The notes under the pieces were generated by a model. The model was not told where the DNA came from and made no database searches. It worked only from the letters and a program-made list of their open reading frames with translations. Position numbers and translations under genes: made by a program. This document shows, piece by piece, positions 1 to 7,743 of a DNA stretch of 29,142 nt (position 1 is the first letter of the stretch; every line of letters starts with the position of its first letter). Origin of the DNA: Actinomycetes bacterium (GTDB taxonomy: Bacteria; Actinomycetota; Thermoleophilia; Gaiellales; Gaiellaceae); the NCBI GenBank assembly GCA_025350775.1, contig JANXXF010000192.1, positions 1-29,142 of the forward strand, written 5' to 3'.

Positions 1-72
1 GCCGCCAGCCAGCCAGCCGAGGCTCTCTGCCGACATAACGGCGTCGTGGATGTTCTGCTCGGCGACGGTCAC
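1..72 (-). CDS. Possible 5' part of an unknown CDS running off the window edge (MTVAEQNIHDAVMSAESLGWLAGG...)
   Basis: GTG at 72-70, open to position 1. TAGAAT hexamer at 87-82 lies 9 nt upstream. Too short to identify. Confidence 0.35.
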   Translation of the reverse strand, partial: MTVAEQNIHDAVMSAESLGWLAGG

Positions 73-84
73 GACCGTTCCATT

Positions 85-447
85 CTAGACCCTGCTCCAA
101 GAGGAGCGCGTGACGGCAAGCGCCTCCTGGTATTCACCAAGCAGCATCGGCCGGCTCGGCTCGATGAGCCCGTGGACAGTGGGACATTCCGGGTCTGCTC
201 GGAAGACGAGGGCGTCAGGGAGGTCATCCACCTCAATCCGCCACACGGGATCGGGGCCGATGCCTCCCTGCGCGGGCGGGCGGCGGTGGCGCGGGAGATT
301 GCGGGGGCTGCCGACGGCGACCGACATGCCGCCCGCGCGAGGCTGGACGATCCCTCGAGCCGAGATCCGCAGATCGCGCACAAGGCGAACGCCGAGGATC
401 CGAGCGGACGGGCCGCAGAGCGGCAGTCCCTCGCCGTCGTCCTTCAT
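85..447 (-). CDS. Small Tse2-like ADP-ribosyltransferase-fold protein, possibly N-terminally truncated
   Basis: 120 aa with pattern LGVR-x3-D...G-x-V-x-P-x2-GGMSV...VWxI...LPxxL...HGLIEPxxPMxLxEYQxAL, which I recognise as resembling Tse2-type ART domains. Recalled similarity, not a database hit. Confidence 0.55.
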   Translation of the reverse strand: MKDDGEGLPLCGPSARILGVRLVRDLRISARGIVQPRAGGMSVAVGSPRNLPRHRRPPAQGGIGPDPVWRIEVDDLPDALVFRADPECPTVHGLIEPSRPMLLGEYQEALAVTRSSWSRV

Positions 448-563
448 GCCCCGTTAGCCGGACGTCAACCGAAGGCTCGAGCGTGCGCGTCGGGCGTTGC
501 CATCTCCCGCCAGAGGCTAGGCGGCCTGCGACCCCGGTCTGTGTCAGGAGCGAGCCGAAACCG

Positions 564-1463
564 TCAGAGGATGCGGGCGCCGAGCGCGCTCGCCACGAGC
601 TCGACGGCGAGCCGGCCGGTGCGGTTCTCGCGGTCGAGGATCGGGTTGACCTCGACGACGTCGAGCGAGTCCAGCTGCCCCCACTCCGCGACGATCTCCA
701 TGGCCAGGTGCGCCTCGCGGAAGGAGAGGCCGCCGGGGACGGGCGTGCCGACGCCGGGCGCCTGCTCGGGGTCGACGACGTCGAGGTCGAGCGAGACGTG
801 CGCGAAGGCGGCGCCCATCACGCGGACGAGCGCCCGGTTCATCGCGTCGGCGATGCCGATGCGATCGATGTCGCTCATCGTCAGCACGAGGATGCCGAGG
901 TCGTCGATGAGGGCGCGCTCGCCGGGGTCGAGCTCGCGCGTCCCGAGCAGGGCGACGTGCTGCGGGAGCAGCGACTGCCGTGGCCACGCGGCGCTGGCGA
1001 AGCGGTCGCCGCCAAGGCCGAGCGCAGCCGCGAGCACCATGCCGTGGACGTTGCCGCTGGGGCTCGTCTCGGGCGTATTGAGGTCGCCGTGGGCGTCGAT
1101 CCAGAGGGCTCCGCCGGGGCCGCGTAGCCGCGCCATCCCGCCGACGGTGCCGAGCGCCACCGAGTGGTCGCCACCGAGCACGACCGGCAGAGCGCCCATC
1201 GCCACGCTCGCCGCAACCTGGTCGGCGACGCCCTCGCAGACGGTGACGATGTCGGCGACATAGCGGGCATCAGCGCTGCCCTGCTCGGCGACCTCGACAA
1301 CCGGCCCCTCCACGTTGCCCCGGTCGTGGTAGGCACGACCGAGGCCGCGGATCCTGGCGTCGAGGCCGGCGTAGCGGATCGCCGAAGGCCCCATGTCGAC
1401 GCCGCGGCGCCCCGCCCCGAGGTCGAGGCTGGCCCCGATCACCGCGACAGGTTGCGGCTCCAT
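564..1463 (-). CDS. rocF: Arginase
   Basis: GGDHS, DAHGDLN, SGNxHGM, SLDLDVVDP, GTPVPGG and EVNP motifs; N-terminal GASLDLGAGRRGVDMGP typical of arginases. TAGCCT hexamer 7 nt before ATG. Confidence 0.96.
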   Translation of the reverse strand: MEPQPVAVIGASLDLGAGRRGVDMGPSAIRYAGLDARIRGLGRAYHDRGNVEGPVVEVAEQGSADARYVADIVTVCEGVADQVAASVAMGALPVVLGGDHSVALGTVGGMARLRGPGGALWIDAHGDLNTPETSPSGNVHGMVLAAALGLGGDRFASAAWPRQSLLPQHVALLGTRELDPGERALIDDLGILVLTMSDIDRIGIADAMNRALVRVMGAAFAHVSLDLDVVDPEQAPGVGTPVPGGLSFREAHLAMEIVAEWGQLDSLDVVEVNPILDRENRTGRLAVELVASALGARIL

Positions 1464-1568
1464 GCGTCGAAGGCTAGCGAATGGCGGCGAACGTGCCCGG
1501 AAGCCGTGGAAACGGGTCCTGCTACCGTTGTGGCACGGGCGCCACCTGGCCCCGTGGAGATCTGGCTC

Positions 1569-1639
1569 TTCGTTCCTTCTCTTTCGAGGGTTGACCGAGG
1601 CAGTTGTGTCTCGTTCACCACGCAGTGAAGGAGTTCGAA
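1569..1639 (+). promoter_or_regulatory. Candidate structured 5' leader with SD sequence (AAGGAG 1628-1633) of the DEAD-box helicase
   Basis: Hairpins CTCT-TTCG-AGGG (1579-1590), CGAGGCA-GTTG-TGTCTCG (1596-1613) and TTCAC-CACGCA-GTGAA (1614-1629). TTCG/TTCCTT (1569-1578) is complementary to AAGGAG..CGAA (1628-1639). Confidence 0.45.
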
Positions 1640-2830
1640 TTGAGCATCACCTTTGAGACGCTTGGCGTCAGCACGGCCGTTGTCGACGCGCTCACCCGCA
1701 AGGGCATCACGCAGCCCTTCGCCATCCAGAGCGCCGTCCTCCCCGACGCGCTCGCCGGCCTCGACATCCTTGCCGAGTCGCCGACGGGCTCGGGCAAGAC
1801 GATCGCCTTCGGGCTGCCGCTCGTCGAGCGCATCGCCCGCAGCAACCGCCCCGGCGCGCTCGTCCTCGTCCCGACGCGCGAGCTCGCGCTGCAGGTCGCC
1901 GACGAGCTGCAGTCGCTTGCCGCAGCCAAGGGCCTGAAGGTCGTCACCGTCTACGGCGGCGCAGGGATCGGCCGTCAGATCGACCAGGTCAAGCGGGCGC
2001 ACATCGTGGTCGCCACTCCGGGCCGGCTGACCGACCTGATCGACCGCAGGGCCGTCGACCTCGGCGGCGTCAGCGTGCTCGTCCTCGACGAGGCCGACCG
2101 GATGCTCGACATGGGCTTCAAGCCGCAGGTCGACCGCATCCTCCGCAGCGTTCCCGCGAACCGGCAGACGCTGCTGTTCAGCGCCACCTTCGACGGTGCC
2201 GTCGCCGAGCTGGCCCGCGCCTACACCGTCAGCCCGTCGCACGTCCGCGGCGGCCTGCCCGCCGAGGCCGAGCGCGGCGAGATCGACCATGCCTTCGTCC
2301 TCGTCACTGCGGAGAACAAGCTCGAGCGGCTCGTCGAGCAGCTCCGCGGCGAGCGCGGCCTGGCACTCGTCTTCGTGCGCACCAAGCACGGTGCCGACCA
2401 CCTGGCCCGCAAACTGGAGCGGCAGCACCAGATCCCGGCCGTCGCGATGCACGGCAACCTCTCGCAGAGCCAGCGCGAGCGCGCCCTCGCCCAGTTCGAG
2501 AGCGGCCGCATCACGACCCTCGTCGCCACCGACGTCGCCGCCCGCGGGCTCGACGTGAACGACATCACGCACGTCATCAACTTCGATCCGCCCGTCGGTG
2601 CCGACGACTACGTGCACCGCATCGGCCGCACCGGCCGTGCCGGCCGCACCGGCAACGGCGTGACGTTCGTCCTGCCGGAGCAGCGCAAGGACGTCGGCCT
2701 GATGGCAGTGCGGCTCGGCCACGTCGAGCAGTTCAAGGCCTCCGGCGCAGCGATGCCGAACGAGCGCCCCGCACGCGTAGCCGGCTCGTCGAACGGCCAG
2801 CGGCGGCGCAGCGGCAGCGGTCGGCGCTAG
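1640..2830 (+). CDS. DEAD-box RNA helicase (compact RhlE/DeaD-like)
   Basis: Q motif FAIQ, SPTGSGKT, PTRELA, DEAD, SAT, ATDVAARGLD and HRIGRTGRAG. Start reassigned to TTG at 1640, 6 nt after AAGGAG. Confidence 0.96.
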   Translation: MSITFETLGVSTAVVDALTRKGITQPFAIQSAVLPDALAGLDILAESPTGSGKTIAFGLPLVERIARSNRPGALVLVPTRELALQVADELQSLAAAKGLKVVTVYGGAGIGRQIDQVKRAHIVVATPGRLTDLIDRRAVDLGGVSVLVLDEADRMLDMGFKPQVDRILRSVPANRQTLLFSATFDGAVAELARAYTVSPSHVRGGLPAEAERGEIDHAFVLVTAENKLERLVEQLRGERGLALVFVRTKHGADHLARKLERQHQIPAVAMHGNLSQSQRERALAQFESGRITTLVATDVAARGLDVNDITHVINFDPPVGADDYVHRIGRTGRAGRTGNGVTFVLPEQRKDVGLMAVRLGHVEQFKASGAAMPNERPARVAGSSNGQRRRSGSGRR

Positions 2831-2888
2831 CGGCCAACCGGGCGCACCGGGCTCCCGGCGCACCTCCGCCGCACCTTCCGTAGCAACG

Positions 2889-2916
2889 CGAAAGGCCCCG
2901 TCTCCGGGGCCTTTCG
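2889..2916. terminator. Bidirectional hairpin terminator between helicase and tRNA-Phe
   Basis: Perfect 12-bp inverted repeat CGAAAGGCCCCG-TCTC-CGGGGCCTTTCG between convergent genes. Confidence 0.8.
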
Positions 2917-2918
2917 TA

Positions 2919-2991
2919 TGGCGAGAGCCGGACTTGAACCGGCGACACCACGATTTTCAGTCGTGTGCTCTACCAGCTGAGCTACCTCGCC
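2919..2991 (-). tRNA. tRNA-Phe (GAA), CCA not encoded
   Basis: Reverse complement GGCGAGGTAGCTCAGCTGGTAGAGCACACGACTGAAAATCGTGGTGTCGCCGGTTCAAGTCCGGCTCTCGCCA folds as a 73-nt cloverleaf with anticodon GAA. Confidence 0.98.
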
Positions 2992-3001
2992 AGGCCGAAG
3001 A

Positions 3002-3007
3002 AGGATA
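3002..3007 (-). promoter_or_regulatory. Putative -10 element (TATCCT) for tRNA-Phe
   Basis: TAnnnT hexamer 10 nt upstream of the mature tRNA 5' end. Confidence 0.45.
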
Positions 3008-3049
3008 GCGAAGGGCGCACGCGAGCGAGACGGACGACACGACTGCCGG

Positions 3050-3925
3050 TCAGCCGCGCGGGCGGGCAAGCACGACCGCAGCGCCCGCGGCGAGGCCCAG
3101 ATGACGGGCCGCGGAGCCGCCCGCGACCGCGACGGCGAGCCGCCCGGACGAGTCCTCGTGGACGAGCAGGGCGCCCGGGTCGACGTCGGCGAAGGTGCGA
3201 CAGACGGTGGCCTGGGCGGGGCCTGGGGCGTTCGCGGCGCCCGCGGCACCCGCGGCACCCGCGGCGTCCGGCGGGGTGGGCGCGACGCCACCGGGCTCCA
3301 CCACGACCTGCGTGCCCGGGGCGAAGCCGGCGGCGACAAGGTCACCGACGCCGGCGGCGAGCTGGAGGTTGCCGTAGCGGTCGACAGCGACCACGACGGC
3401 GCGCAGCAGGCCGGGCGCGACGACCGGCACGGGCACCTCGACACGGACGAGCAGGGACGGGTCGAGCGACGGGCCGAGCTCGGCCAACGCCACGCCGGCT
3501 GCCAAATGCGCGGCCGCCGGGGCGAACACGTCGCGGCCGTGGAAGGTCGCCGCTGCCGGGTCGAGGCGGTAGCGCGGGTCGGTGAGCTCGCGAACGTCGA
3601 ACAGCGGCCCGGCACGCTCGGCGGCGAGCAGGAGAAGCCCGTTGTCGGGGCCGATGTAGAAGCGGCGGTCGGCGCCACGGACGGCGATCGCGCGACGCTT
3701 GCTGCCCACGCCCGGGTCGACGACGGCCAGCACGATCGCGTCGGCCGGGAGATACGGGGCAGCGTCGTGCAGGGCGAGCGCGCCCTCGAGCACTTGCTGC
3801 GGTGCGATGCCGTGCGTGAGGTCGATCACGTCGAGGCCGGGCGCGATGCGCTTCAGCACCGCGTGGCAGGTGCCGACGAACGCGTCGTCGAGGCCGAAGT
3901 CGCTGAGGAAGACGACCGGCCTCAC
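3050..3925 (-). CDS. DUF62 / SAM hydroxide adenosyltransferase (SAM hydrolase; fluorinase-chlorinase superfamily)
   Basis: FLSDFG, DLTHGI, VVDPGVGSKRR, GPDNGLL, TFHGRDVFAPAAA and VDRYGN motifs. GTG start overlaps the hemD stop (GTGA). Confidence 0.92.
   Translation of the reverse strand: MRPVVFLSDFGLDDAFVGTCHAVLKRIAPGLDVIDLTHGIAPQQVLEGALALHDAAPYLPADAIVLAVVDPGVGSKRRAIAVRGADRRFYIGPDNGLLLLAAERAGPLFDVRELTDPRYRLDPAAATFHGRDVFAPAAAHLAAGVALAELGPSLDPSLLVRVEVPVPVVAPGLLRAVVVAVDRYGNLQLAAGVGDLVAAGFAPGTQVVVEPGGVAPTPPDAAGAAGAAGAANAPGPAQATVCRTFADVDPGALLVHEDSSGRLAVAVAGGSAARHLGLAAGAAVVLARPRG
3234..3269. repeat. 9-bp tandem repeat, 4 units (GCGGCACCC consensus), encoding AAG repeats inside the DUF62 gene
   Basis: gcggcgccc gcggcaccc gcggcaccc gcggcgtcc. 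Confidence 0.8.
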
Positions 3926-4647
3926 GGCGCGGGCTCCACGGGGCGCCGCTCCCGTGCGGCGGCGAGGGCTGCAGCTCGCTCCACCGCAGCCACCAGCCCG
4001 TCGAGGTCGAAGCGGGCTGCCTCGACCTCCACCGAGAGGCCGGCGGCCCGAGCGGCGGCGCTCGTCTGCGGGCCGATCGAGACGACGACAGGTCGGGTCG
4101 GGCCGGGCGCCTCGGCCGCTCCACCCGGCGCCGCCCAGATCTCCGCCAGCACCCGTGCGGCAGACGGCGACGCAACCACGACCACGTCCCCCGCGGGCAA
4201 CCCATCCGGCGCCGGCGCGGCCGGCAGGGTGCGGTAGAGGGCCACGAAGTCGGCGCCCAGCTCGTCGACGACGACGCGGCGCGCGCCCTCGGCGCCCGCG
4301 AACAGGACACGTCCCGGCGGCCGCGGGAACGCGGCGACGAGCCCCTCCTGCGTCGAGACCCCGGGCACCAGCGCCGCCGTGATGCCGTGCGCGGCCAGCT
4401 CGTCTGCGGTGCCAGGCCCGATCGCGGCGACCCGGGGCAGATCCCCGCGGGCGCGCCGGGCCAGCGCGGCTGCGCCGGTGCGGCTCGTCACCACCACCCA
4501 GTCGTAGCCCACTACGTCGACGGGCGCGCCCTCCCCCAGCGGCTCGATGCGCACCAGCGGGCACAGCACCGGCTCGTGGCCGAGCGCGACCAGGCGCTCC
4601 ACCAGCTCGGCGGCGTGCTGCTCGGGCCGGGTGACGATGACTCTCAC
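3922..4647 (-). CDS. hemD: Uroporphyrinogen-III synthase
   Basis: Begins VRVIVTRP; YDWVVVTSRTG, AAIGPGTA, VVVASPSAA and VSIGPQTSAA motifs; follows hemC. Start at 4647 or 4653. Confidence 0.9.
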   Translation of the reverse strand: MRVIVTRPEQHAAELVERLVALGHEPVLCPLVRIEPLGEGAPVDVVGYDWVVVTSRTGAAALARRARGDLPRVAAIGPGTADELAAHGITAALVPGVSTQEGLVAAFPRPPGRVLFAGAEGARRVVVDELGADFVALYRTLPAAPAPDGLPAGDVVVVASPSAARVLAEIWAAPGGAAEAPGPTRPVVVSIGPQTSAAARAAGLSVEVEAARFDLDGLVAAVERAAALAAARERRPVEPAP

Positions 4648-4663
4648 GGGCACCGGGCCACTG

Positions 4664-5494
4664 TCAGCGGCCGGCGGCGAAGGCGGCGAGCGCGGCCCCG
4701 AGCGCACCCGGGTCGTCGCCGGTGCGCCGCTCGACCCAGGCGCCGTCCTCGTCGGCGATCAGCGCCTGCAGTCGCACTCCGTCGTGGAACGCGGCGACCG
4801 GCGCGAGGCAGCCACCGCCGACGGCGGCGATGCAGGCGCGCTCTGCCTCGACGCGGCGGCGCGTCTCGAGGTCGTCGACGTGCGCGACCAGGTGCTCCTC
4901 GCCGGTGCGCACCTGGATCGCCAGGGCGCCCTGGCCGGCCTCGGGCAGCAGCTCCGCTGGGTCGAAGCGGTGGCCGATCTCGGCGCCGAGGCCGAGCCGG
5001 TCGAGGCCGCAGGCAGCGAGCACGATGGCGTCGAGGCCGCGCTCGGTGCGCTTGTTCAGCCGGGTGTCGATGTTGCCGCGCAGGGGCTCGATGCGCAGCG
5101 TCGGGTCGATCGCGAGCAGCTGCGAGCGCCGACGCGCCGACGCCGTGCCGATGCGCATGCCCGACCTCAGCTCGGGGACGCCACAAAGCGCGTCGCGTGG
5201 GTCCTCGCGCAGGAGGTACGCGCCAACGACGAGACCGTCCGTGTCCGTCGAGGTCATGTCTTTGGCCGAGTGGACGGCGGCGTCGATCCGGCCCGCCAGC
5301 AGTGCCTCCTCCAGCTCCTTGACGAACACGCCGCGCGCGCCGATCTCGCCGAACGGGCTCTTGCGGTCGCGGTCGCCGGCTGTCGTGATCGGCATGAGCG
5401 CGGTCTCAATGCCCGGCCGCCGCAGCCGCTCGGCCACGTGGTTGGACTGGGTGAGCGCGAGCCGCGAGCCGCGCGAGCCGACCCGCAGGATCAC
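4664..5494 (-). CDS. hemC: Hydroxymethylbilane synthase (porphobilinogen deaminase)
   Basis: GSRGSRLALTQ, GVFVKELE, AVHSAKD, REDPRD, GTASARR, RGNIDTRL, GQGALA and cofactor-binding GGGCLAP. GTG overlaps the hemA stop. Confidence 0.96.
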   Translation of the reverse strand: MILRVGSRGSRLALTQSNHVAERLRRPGIETALMPITTAGDRDRKSPFGEIGARGVFVKELEEALLAGRIDAAVHSAKDMTSTDTDGLVVGAYLLREDPRDALCGVPELRSGMRIGTASARRRSQLLAIDPTLRIEPLRGNIDTRLNKRTERGLDAIVLAACGLDRLGLGAEIGHRFDPAELLPEAGQGALAIQVRTGEEHLVAHVDDLETRRRVEAERACIAAVGGGCLAPVAAFHDGVRLQALIADEDGAWVERRTGDDPGALGAALAAFAAGR

Positions 5495-6762
5495 TTCGGC
5501 CGCTCCTTCTCGTTGAGGCCGAACAGGTGCTCGAGGGCGTCCGCGTAGACGATGCCGTTCGGCGTCGCGGCGGCCTCCTTCATGCGCACCGTGGGCAAGT
5601 GCAGGAGCTTGTTGACGATCTGCGCCGTGATCGACTCGACGATGCGGCGGTCGGCGACAGGCAGCCGGGCGAGGCGGCCCTCGACGCGCTCCAGCTCGCG
5701 CTGGCGGATCTCCTCGGCATGGGCGCGCAGTGACGCGATCGCCGGCACCACGTCGAGCGCGGTCTTCCACTCGCGGTAGCGGTCGGTCTCCTCGGCGACG
5801 ATCGACTCGGCGCGGGAGGCCTCGCGGCGGCGGCCGGCCAGGCTGGAGGCGACGACGGCCTCGATGTCGTCGATGTCGTAGAGGTAGCAGTCGTCGATGT
5901 CGTGGATCGCCGGGTCGAGGTCGCGCGGCACGGCGATGTCGATCAGGAAGAGCGGACGGCCCTTGCGGACGCGCATCGCAGCCGCAACCTGGTCGCGCTG
6001 GAGGACGAGACCCGGGGCACCGGTGGCGGCAACGACGACGTCAGCCGTCTCGAGCTCCGCCCCGATCCGCTCGAACGGCACCGCCACCGCCCCAACCTGC
6101 TCGGCAACGGTCGCAGCACGTTCGGCGCCACGGTTGACGACCGAGGCGATCGTCGCGCCACGGGCCGCGAGCGCGCGGGCGGCCAGCTCACCGGCCTTGC
6201 CGGCGCCGATCACTAGCACGCGCCGGCCGGTGAGGTCGCCGAAGACCTGCTGCGCGAGCGCCGCCGCGGCCGACGAGACCGAGGCGGGGCTCTCGCCGAT
6301 CGCCGTCTCGGAGCGCACCTTCTTGCCCGCGTGCAGCGCCTGCCGGAAGAGGTGGTCGAGGATCGGGCCAGGAGTTCCCGCCTCGTAGGCGTCCTTCACC
6401 TGGCCGAGGATCTCACCCTCGCCGGGCACCATCGAGTCGAGCCCGGCTGCGACTCGGAACAGGTGCAGCGCGGCCGCCTCGTCGTGGAGCCGGTAGAGGC
6501 GCGGCAGCAGCTCGTCGCCGCCGACGCCGGCGAGCTCGGCGAGCGCCGCCACTGCCTGCGCCTCGGCGGCACCGGCGTCACGGCTGGCGAGGTACAGCTC
6601 CATCCGGTTGCAGGTCGACAGGCAGATCGCCTCGGCCTCGCCGTCGCCCGCGCGCACGAGCGTCGCCGCCAGCGCCGCGGCCGCCTCGGGCGCCACGGCG
6701 ACGCGCTCCCGCAGCTCGACGGGGGCGACGTGGTGCGACAGGCCGACGAGGACGACTTTCAC
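5491..6762 (-). CDS. hemA: Glutamyl-tRNA reductase
   Basis: GLSHHVAPVELRE, STCNRMELY, HLFRVAAGLDSMVPGEGEILGQVK, IGAGKAG and DIAVPRD motifs. Confidence 0.97.
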   Translation of the reverse strand: MKVVLVGLSHHVAPVELRERVAVAPEAAAALAATLVRAGDGEAEAICLSTCNRMELYLASRDAGAAEAQAVAALAELAGVGGDELLPRLYRLHDEAAALHLFRVAAGLDSMVPGEGEILGQVKDAYEAGTPGPILDHLFRQALHAGKKVRSETAIGESPASVSSAAAALAQQVFGDLTGRRVLVIGAGKAGELAARALAARGATIASVVNRGAERAATVAEQVGAVAVPFERIGAELETADVVVAATGAPGLVLQRDQVAAAMRVRKGRPLFLIDIAVPRDLDPAIHDIDDCYLYDIDDIEAVVASSLAGRRREASRAESIVAEETDRYREWKTALDVVPAIASLRAHAEEIRQRELERVEGRLARLPVADRRIVESITAQIVNKLLHLPTVRMKEAAATPNGIVYADALEHLFGLNEKERPK

Positions 6763-7547
6763 GAGAAGTGCGCCAGCGGGAGGCCGAGCCGGACGACCAG
6801 GACGAGGGCGAAGCCGGTGAGCGCAAGGTAGGCGGCGCGGCGGCCGCGCCAGCCGGCCTCGTAGCGCAGCAGCAGGAACGCAGCGTACACAGCCCATGTG
6901 ACAAGTGTCACGACCATCAGCGCATCGACGCCGGCGCCCTCGCGGCGCAGCCGGATCAGCCCGGTCACGATGCCCACCGTCAGACACGGCAGGCCGACGA
7001 CGATCGTCCGCGTCACCAGGATCTCGAGGGTCGCCAGCGACGGCGCCGGCAGCCGCAGGATCCCCGCCTGACGCCGCTTCAGCGCCCGCTCCTGCCAGAG
7101 GTACAGGCCGGCCAGAGCGGCCGATAGCGTGAACCCGGCGAACGCCGCCAGCACGAACGCGACGTGCAGGACGAGGAAGCCGGTCGAGCTGCTGGATGGC
7201 GCCTGCGAGCCCGTGCCGCCCCCGGCCCAGGCTGCGAGTAGCAGCGCCACCACCAGCGGCATCACGCCGAGGCCGAGCAGGCGGTAGCGCGGCGTGCAGC
7301 CCCACACCAGGTACGCCACCACGACGAGCCAGGTGAACAGGTTGAGCGAGCCGGCCCACGTCGTCCACGGGAAGCCGTCGGCGCGGGCAGCCTGGACGCC
7401 GAGCAGCGCCGTCTGCGCAAGCCAGCCGAGCCGCACCCCCCAAGTTGCCAGCCGCCCAGCGCGCCCGGGGGAGCGGACGTTGGCCGCGTACGCGACGACC
7501 GACTCGCCGTAGGCCAGCAGCGCCAGCCAGAAGAAGGCCTCAGCCAT
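6759..7547 (-). CDS. ccsA: CcsA-related (HemX/YpjD-like) cytochrome c assembly membrane protein
   Basis: About 8 hydrophobic segments, LHV His motif, LYLWQERALK..LPAPSLATLE loop and C-terminal His; directly upstream of hemA. No full WWD motif. Confidence 0.8.
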   Translation of the reverse strand: MAEAFFWLALLAYGESVVAYAANVRSPGRAGRLATWGVRLGWLAQTALLGVQAARADGFPWTTWAGSLNLFTWLVVVAYLVWGCTPRYRLLGLGVMPLVVALLLAAWAGGGTGSQAPSSSSTGFLVLHVAFVLAAFAGFTLSAALAGLYLWQERALKRRQAGILRLPAPSLATLEILVTRTIVVGLPCLTVGIVTGLIRLRREGAGVDALMVVTLVTWAVYAAFLLLRYEAGWRGRRAAYLALTGFALVLVVRLGLPLAHFS

Positions 7548-7743
7548 CGGCGCCGGCGTCGGCCACGCCGGCCGCGGCGTCGCCGGCAGCCTCGCCCTGC
7601 CGTTGCGCGCGCACGTCGTCGGCAAGCTCGCCAACCTCCCGGTCGAGCCGGGTGAGCTTGGCCGCGATGATCACGACGTAGAGCAGGATCATCACGAAGA
7701 CGACGAGGTATGCCGCCGCGACGTACTTCTCGGTCGAGCTCAC
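7540..7743 (-). CDS. ccmD: Small single-TM protein, CcmD-like
   Basis: 67 aa MSSTEKYVAAAYLVVFVMILLYVVIIAAKLTRLDREV...; YV..AY plus TM plus charged tail. GTG overlaps the ccmC stop; not listed separately in the ORF track. Confidence 0.65.
   Translation of the reverse strand: MSSTEKYVAAAYLVVFVMILLYVVIIAAKLTRLDREVGELADDVRAQRQGEAAGDAAAGVADAGADG

Noticed and set aside
46-1263. 405-aa plus-strand ORF, and similar long antisense ORFs (1439-2863, 3101-4237, 7710-9776, 9946-11160, 19079-19942, 27855-28928)
   Set aside because: Shadow frames of motif-supported genes on the opposite strand; stop codons are scarce in GC-rich DNA and these have no recognisable motifs.
2831-2885. Three degenerate GCACC-containing repeats after the helicase stop
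   Set aside because: Short, irregularly spaced and expected by chance at this GC content.
2831-2991. tRNA-Phe as integration site of a genomic island
   Set aside because: No integrase, no duplicated tRNA 3' end in the window, and the flanking genes are housekeeping.
3050-3925. Fluorinase or chlorinase
   Set aside because: It has the TFHGRD His and the D/R residues of hydroxide adenosyltransferases, and no natural-product cluster context.
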